From: an uncultured virus (IMG/VR IMGVR_UViG_3300016471_000568)
Lineage: Duplodnaviria; Heunggongvirae; Uroviricota; Caudoviricetes
IMG/VR virus record: IMGVR_UViG_3300016471_000568
Direction: 5' to 3' (one strand)
DNA: 64,000 nucleotides
A program made the translations under genes and the position numbers. The notes under the pieces are model-generated. The model was not told where the DNA came from. It saw only the letters and a program-made list of their open reading frames with translations, and searched no databases. This document shows, one piece after another, positions 58,778-64,000 of the stretch (positions within the stretch are counted from its first letter, which is position 1; every line of letters starts with the position of its first letter).

Positions 58778-59679
58778 AAATAGCATTTTTTACAGAAATG
58801 GGATTTCAAGGTAAGATATCTAGAACCCATGAAAATATGAGAACTGAATTTGCGTGGATGTGTGCACTCGATGCAGATCATTATAACATAAAAGATCGTC
58901 CTATAAAATCATATGATTTAGGAATTGTAATTATACCAAAGAAGAATCCAGATTTTAATATTGACAATTTAAAATTTAGTTGCAAAAAGGTTGCAGTGAT
59001 GCAAGAAGGTCCGAGTTGGTATTTTCAAGATTATGATTTAGCAAAACAAATTTGGTATTTTAATACATTAACATCGGCTGATATTATTTTTACTCACAAT
59101 GAAACGGATAGAAAATATTATCAAGGATTAACGGCACATCCGGATGTTAGAGTGATGCCATCATTAATGATTGAAGATGCAATTGGATCTTTAGAATCAG
59201 CTGAACGAGATGGTGTTATTATTGGAGGAAATTTCGTATCATGGTATGGTGGATTTGATTCATTTATCATTGCACAAGAATTTGATAATGGAAAAGTATT
59301 TGCACCATCGATGGGACGAAAACAATCTGATGAAGAACAATTATTAACGCATTTGCCATATATGAATTGGACACAATGGATACATGCACTTAACAAGTTT
59401 AAATATGCAGTTCATCTAATGCGTACGCATGCAGCAGGCACCTTTGCATTGAATTGTGCGTATTTAGGAATTCCATGTATTGGTTATAAAGGATTAGATA
59501 CTCAAGAAACATTACATCCTGAATTAACAATAGAATTGGGAGATTTGCAAGCAGCAAGACATATTGCAAAGAAACTTAGAACCGATACTGAATTTTATGA
59601 TTTATGTAGCAAAACTACTAAAGAATTATACAACCAATATTATTCAGAATCGGTATTTATAAAAAAGTTTCATATATGA
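58774..59679 (+). CDS. Putative GT-B glycosyltransferase
   Basis: MKIAFF.E, AAGTF.LNCAYLGIPCIGY; glycan island context. Confidence 0.55.
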   Translation: MKIAFFTEMGFQGKISRTHENMRTEFAWMCALDADHYNIKDRPIKSYDLGIVIIPKKNPDFNIDNLKFSCKKVAVMQEGPSWYFQDYDLAKQIWYFNTLTSADIIFTHNETDRKYYQGLTAHPDVRVMPSLMIEDAIGSLESAERDGVIIGGNFVSWYGGFDSFIIAQEFDNGKVFAPSMGRKQSDEEQLLTHLPYMNWTQWIHALNKFKYAVHLMRTHAAGTFALNCAYLGIPCIGYKGLDTQETLHPELTIELGDLQAARHIAKKLRTDTEFYDLCSKTTKELYNQYYSESVFIKKFHI

Positions 59680-60548
59680 AAATATTAGTTACGGGCGGCG
59701 CTGGATTCATTGGTACTAATCTAATTAAACGATTGGTTGCTGAAGGTCATGAAGTAATATCATATGATAATTATTCTACCGGGTTACATTCGAATCATAT
59801 TGATGGTGCAACATATATCGATGTTGATATACGAACACTAGGTCATAAATCTAAATATTATTTAAATAACTTTGATGTTGTATTTCATTTAGCTGCAATA
59901 GCACGTATACAACCATCATTTGATCACCCAGAAGATTATTTTGATACAAATGCATCAGCTACTATGAAGCTTGCAAAAATTTGTGTAGATAGTAATATTC
60001 CAATGATATATGCAGGATCTAGTTCACATCATTCTGGTAAATTTAAGAATCCATATACTTTTAGCAAAGATATTGGTAAAGAAATAATTAAATTGTTTCA
60101 ACAACAATATGGATTGCGAGCCTCTATTGCTAGATTTTATAATGTATATGGGCCATATCATTTAAAACAAGGCGGGTATTGTACATTGTTAGGTGCATGG
60201 GAACGATGTTTAGAATCAGGAGAACAAGTTGTAATTTATGGTGATGGATCTAAACGAAGAGATTTTACTCATGTTGATGATATTGTAGATGCATTAATAC
60301 GTATTTGTATGCAAAATGCCTGGGGTCATGAATTTGAATTAGGTCGAAGCAAAAATTATTCAGTATTGGATATTGCTAAAATGTATGGTATCGACAATAT
60401 TGAATATCGACCAGATAAGCCCGGCGAAGCTCAAGATACATTGTGTACCGATATGACAGCACATCAAGTATTAGGATGGGAACCAACATTAAAAATAGAA
60501 GATTATATAAAAGGTTATAATGAAAATTTCAATAATTCAACCAAGTAG
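59676..60548 (+). CDS. NAD-dependent epimerase/dehydratase
   Basis: LVTGGAGFIG, FHLAA, PY..SK, RFYNVYGP, GDG...RDFTHV.D. Confidence 0.92.
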   Translation: MKILVTGGAGFIGTNLIKRLVAEGHEVISYDNYSTGLHSNHIDGATYIDVDIRTLGHKSKYYLNNFDVVFHLAAIARIQPSFDHPEDYFDTNASATMKLAKICVDSNIPMIYAGSSSHHSGKFKNPYTFSKDIGKEIIKLFQQQYGLRASIARFYNVYGPYHLKQGGYCTLLGAWERCLESGEQVVIYGDGSKRRDFTHVDDIVDALIRICMQNAWGHEFELGRSKNYSVLDIAKMYGIDNIEYRPDKPGEAQDTLCTDMTAHQVLGWEPTLKIEDYIKGYNENFNNSTK

Positions 60549-61728
60549 AAACAATTTAAAGTATCTTAAATGGTCATATGATTCTATTCGCAAAAATCAA
60601 GGAGCACATGAAGTCGAAATATGTGTAGCAGATGACTTCAGTGATAAAGATGGCACATGGGATTGGTGTATAGAAATGATGGCAAAAGATCCACATTTCA
60701 AAGCAATTCGTAATGAAGGTCCTACTCGGTTAGGTCATACAATATTATATGATCGATTAGTTAACGAAGTAGCATCCCATGATGTTTGTATGATATATCA
60801 TGCTGATATGTATTTATGTCCTGGTGCGTTAGATGAAATTGAACGTAATATAGGTCCTAAAAAGATTGTGTCACTTACAAGAATAGAACCACCATTGCAT
60901 CCACGTGGGCCTGAAAAAATATTAATGGATTTTGGTATAGAACCAGAACAGTTTAATGAAAACGAATTTTTAGAATGGTTTTATAGAGAAGTTCCAAAAC
61001 ATCATGATAAAAAATATACCAATGGTGTATTTGCACCATGGGCCTTTATGAAATCAGATTTTCAAGAAATTGGCGGACATGATCCTTTATATGCTCCGCA
61101 ATCAAAAGAAGATTCAGATATTTTTAATCGTTTCCAATTAAATGGTGTTGAGTTTATTCAAACATGGGAAGGTTGTGTATATCATATGACTTGTAGAGGT
61201 AGTAGATTTAATCCAGAATTAACTACGCCAGGAAAAAATTCTAACGAATGGGAAGCTCAAAATATAAGATCAACTCGTAACTTTATTCGTAAATGGGGAC
61301 ATTTTTGTAAACATGATTCATTAATGAAACCTATTATTCCAAGCAAATATAATATTGCATTTCGTGTTGAAAAATGTACGCAACAACTTTTACATACATT
61401 AGAACCATGGTGTGATAGAATATATTCAGATGCCGAATGGATGAAATACATTACATTAGAACAGCCTAATACAAAATTTGATTTGCATAAACGTTGTCAT
61501 GAATTAACTGATACGGATCGATATGATTATGACAATATCATTGTAGAAATCAATGGTAATCAATTTACTCAACAAGATTTCGACGTCATACAAAATTTAT
61601 CAGAAATCATACAAGATTCTGGCGAACCTGGTACATTTATGTTGGGTAACTTAAAAATTACAATTGTTTCTATGGAAACGTATGAAAATGATTTGATTAA
61701 AGTAAAACAAGAACATATTTATCTATGA
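60520..61728 (+). CDS. GT2 glycosyltransferase
   Basis: ISII.P..N, DD.S..DGT, HADM, GG.D..Y.P...EDSD...R, F..KWG. Confidence 0.88.
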   Translation: MKISIIQPSRNNLKYLKWSYDSIRKNQGAHEVEICVADDFSDKDGTWDWCIEMMAKDPHFKAIRNEGPTRLGHTILYDRLVNEVASHDVCMIYHADMYLCPGALDEIERNIGPKKIVSLTRIEPPLHPRGPEKILMDFGIEPEQFNENEFLEWFYREVPKHHDKKYTNGVFAPWAFMKSDFQEIGGHDPLYAPQSKEDSDIFNRFQLNGVEFIQTWEGCVYHMTCRGSRFNPELTTPGKNSNEWEAQNIRSTRNFIRKWGHFCKHDSLMKPIIPSKYNIAFRVEKCTQQLLHTLEPWCDRIYSDAEWMKYITLEQPNTKFDLHKRCHELTDTDRYDYDNIIVEINGNQFTQQDFDVIQNLSEIIQDSGEPGTFMLGNLKITIVSMETYENDLIKVKQEHIYL

Positions 61729-62021
61729 AACAATTGTTATCAAACATAAGGAATACATTGAAGAAAAACAAAACATTTTTTCAACGCATGTTATCAGATG
61801 CTCGTTCAGGTGATATTTCATCTAAACGCGTAATTGGATTTGTTGGTTTTGTGTCTTTGCTTATCATAATGTTTGTTAACGCACTTTATTCAAAATCTAT
61901 TGCACCTGCAGAATATTTAGTTGATGCAATTGAATATATTGTTATTGCTGCCATGTTTGGAACCGTAGTAGACAAGTTTTCAAATCATGTAAAAAAACAA
62001 GATGATGAACCAACTGTATGA
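61725..62021 (+). CDS. Two-TM membrane protein, holin/antiholin candidate
   Basis: SSKR followed by two hydrophobic helices; late-type motif at 61715; upstream of the endolysin. Confidence 0.6.
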   Translation: MKQLLSNIRNTLKKNKTFFQRMLSDARSGDISSKRVIGFVGFVSLLIIMFVNALYSKSIAPAEYLVDAIEYIVIAAMFGTVVDKFSNHVKKQDDEPTV

Positions 62022-62028
62022 AAAAGGT

Positions 62029-62454
62029 ATGAGTAGAATGAAAACAGGAATATTGATGTCTGTAGCAACAACGGTATCATTTCTTTGCACGTATTTATTT
62101 AATTTAACAATGGCCAATGCAGAACAATATTTAGCAATAGTAGCAACCGTAGCATTGGATGGCATATTTGGCATCATAGCCGGAACACGTCGCGAAGGAT
62201 TTAAAACATTTAAAGCAATCAAAGTACTTGTTACTGCATTTGTTTGGATCATATTTCTGACGGCATTGCTTGTTATAGAACGAGGATTTCCAGGAACATC
62301 TTGGCTGAGTGAAACCATTATTTTGCCATTCATATTCTTTCAAATTGTTAGTGCATTGAAAAATGCATCGATGGCCGGATTCATCGAAGCAAAATTATTA
62401 GTAGAAATTTTAGATAAAATTGACCTACATAAAGGTTTAAGAAAAAAGGATTAA
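62029..62454 (+). CDS. Phage holin-family protein
   Basis: 3-4 TM segments; D...G..A...EGF, S.LKN....G; adjacent to the amidase. Start may be 62029 or 62038. Confidence 0.7.
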   Translation: MSRMKTGILMSVATTVSFLCTYLFNLTMANAEQYLAIVATVALDGIFGIIAGTRREGFKTFKAIKVLVTAFVWIIFLTALLVIERGFPGTSWLSETIILPFIFFQIVSALKNASMAGFIEAKLLVEILDKIDLHKGLRKKD

Positions 62455-62457
62455 GTT

Positions 62458-63135
62458 ATGAGTTTGGACGTATCAAAAATCAAACAAGTTCCGTTACCAG
62501 AATCACAATATGTTAAAGAAGTAACAGAAAAACGACAAATTGTATTGCATCATACCGCAGGAAATTCATCAGGTCCTGGAACAATTAAAATGTGGGCCAA
62601 TGATGACCGGGGACGCATTGCAACTTGTGTTGTTATTTCTGGAAAAGGTCAATCAAAAGATACATATGATGGAGAAATTTGTCAAGCATTTTCATCAAAG
62701 TATTGGGCACATCATTTGGGAATAAAATCGGATGTATTCAAATCAAAAGGATTGCCACAAAAACCACTTACTAAACATGCAATTGGTATTGAAATTTGCA
62801 GTTGGGGGCCATTAGAAAAACGTGGTGATAAATTTTATAACTATGTAGACCGAGAAGTTGCAGCAGATCAAGTAACAAAATTAGAAACTCCGTATAAAGG
62901 ACATACGTATTATCATCGATATACTGATGCACAGATTGAATCAGTAAAAAATCTTTTATTGTATTGGCGAGATTTATATGGTATCGATTTAACATATCGT
63001 GACGAAGATATGTGGAATCTATCAACTCGTGCTTTAAAAGGAGAAAACGGAGTATATACACATAATTCATATCGTAAAGATAAATCAGATATACATCCTT
63101 GTCCTCGCATGATTGCAATGTTAAAATCATTGTAA
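62458..63135 (+). CDS. N-acetylmuramoyl-L-alanine amidase (endolysin)
   Basis: IVLHHTAG, WAHHLG, IGIEIC, YTDAQI, TH...RKDK.D..P (Amidase_2 zinc-site pattern). Confidence 0.9.
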   Translation: MSLDVSKIKQVPLPESQYVKEVTEKRQIVLHHTAGNSSGPGTIKMWANDDRGRIATCVVISGKGQSKDTYDGEICQAFSSKYWAHHLGIKSDVFKSKGLPQKPLTKHAIGIEICSWGPLEKRGDKFYNYVDREVAADQVTKLETPYKGHTYYHRYTDAQIESVKNLLLYWRDLYGIDLTYRDEDMWNLSTRALKGENGVYTHNSYRKDKSDIHPCPRMIAMLKSL

Positions 63136-63482
63136 TGAATTATAAACATATTGTAATATCATTTTTAATATTTTTTATTGGGCAATCTATTGTTTGGATA
63201 CAAACAAATGGTCCTTTATTATGGAATTGGGCTAAAACATACAAATTTGCGTTGATGTTATTAGGTGTTCCGATAACATGGGCATTCATGGAAGCAACTC
63301 GTTATGCAGTTTCCGGGTATGGCGGTCAATTTTGGCCCGGTAGATTCACTTCATTTGTTTCGGGAATAATTGTATTTACTATTATGACATACGTATTCAA
63401 AGGAGAAATAATTACGGCGAAAACTGCTATATCTTTGATATTAGCATTTTTATTATTAGTAATTCAATTATTTTGGAAATAA
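63135..63482 (+). CDS. 4-TM small membrane protein
   Basis: Four hydrophobic segments, W..R; ATG overlaps the amidase stop. Confidence 0.65.
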   Translation: MNYKHIVISFLIFFIGQSIVWIQTNGPLLWNWAKTYKFALMLLGVPITWAFMEATRYAVSGYGGQFWPGRFTSFVSGIIVFTIMTYVFKGEIITAKTAISLILAFLLLVIQLFWK

Positions 63483-63512
63483 ATATATTTATATTAAACT
63501 AGAAGGAAATAC

Positions 63513-64000
63513 ATGAAAAATGTTTCTAAAAAAAGAATTTTAATTGAAAAACTATTACGTGAAGATTTATTAACTAAAAGTAATGTATTAGATACAAAAT
63601 GGCAACCAAAACAAAGTTGGTCCGGAGAATTAGCAAAAGTTGAAGACAAACTTATTGAAATAGGAGCTTTACCATTTCCTGGATCAATGATGGATCCAGA
63701 CAAATCTCCAGCTCATTATGAACTAATTATACAAACTCCAGATGGTGTTCGAGATAGGCTTATGTTTTATCATAGTGGAACCGTATATTCTGGAAATGAA
63801 TCAAAAAATTTAAACGTAAAAATTAATAGTTCCGATGAAATAGAATTATTAGATTCTGCAAATTCCGATAAAGTAGCTGGAACAATAACAAGTTCTAACA
63901 ATAAATTTTTAGAAAATGGAATAAACAAATCGGTTGCAACATTTAATATAGAAACAGTTGAGGCAGATTCGGGGAATGATGTAATAGATACTATACAAAC
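63513..64000 (+). CDS. Hypothetical late protein, 3'-truncated by the window edge (not in the ORF track)
   Basis: MKNVSKKRILIEKLLREDLL... open to base 64000; AAGGA RBS and late-type motif at 63485. Confidence 0.7.
   Translation, partial: MKNVSKKRILIEKLLREDLLTKSNVLDTKWQPKQSWSGELAKVEDKLIEIGALPFPGSMMDPDKSPAHYELIIQTPDGVRDRLMFYHSGTVYSGNESKNLNVKINSSDEIELLDSANSDKVAGTITSSNNKFLENGINKSVATFNIETVEADSGNDVIDTIQ

Noticed and set aside
672..63703. The many minus-strand and nested alternative-frame ORFs in the track
   Set aside because: All overlap well-supported + strand genes, lack recognisable motifs, and are the expected shadows of biased codon usage.
1..64000. CRISPR array, tRNA or rRNA genes
   Set aside because: Intergenic spaces are short; I saw no regularly spaced direct repeats or cloverleaf/T-loop signatures. 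The Cas4-like nuclease is a solo phage exonuclease.
1..64000. Stop-codon reassignment
   Set aside because: Conserved genes translate full length in the standard code with tight packing; no fragmentation at TAG or TGA.

Overview
This window is 64 kb of an AT-rich, large contractile-tailed (myovirus/jumbo-like) dsDNA phage genome. All credible genes are on the + strand and densely packed. Gene order: (1) neck, tail-fibre, sheath, tube, tape-measure and baseplate genes (1-19.8 kb); (2) a replication and recombination block with a compact PolA-like enzyme, gp32-like SSB, RecA/UvsX, flap exonuclease, DnaB helicase, class II RNR, PolB, sliding clamp, clamp loader and dUTPase, interleaved with a 7-deazaguanine DNA-modification pathway (folE, queD, queE, dpdL-like, dpdA/TGT-like; no queC in the window) and with a purine PRTase, a cytidylyltransferase and a glycosyltransferase (19.8-44.4 kb); (3) a ~17 kb glycan-biosynthesis island (44.5-61.7 kb); (4) a holin/amidase lysis cassette. 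The best candidate for an undescribed system is the operon hypothetical-cytidylyltransferase-DpdL-glycosyltransferase-DpdA-clamp. It suggests a further-decorated (possibly glycosylated) deazaguanine, and its DpdA-like protein ends in the same PIP-box-like tail as PolB, hinting at clamp-coupled modification. Other signals: an unrecognised GC-rich three-way-junction RNA in the 5' leader of a tail-fibre gene, a +1/-2 tail-chaperone frameshift, an SSB-C-terminus mimic, two promoter classes (one with leaderless starts) and a 4-domain GT/NTase/kinase fusion. All annotations come from motif recognition by eye; no database searches were run.
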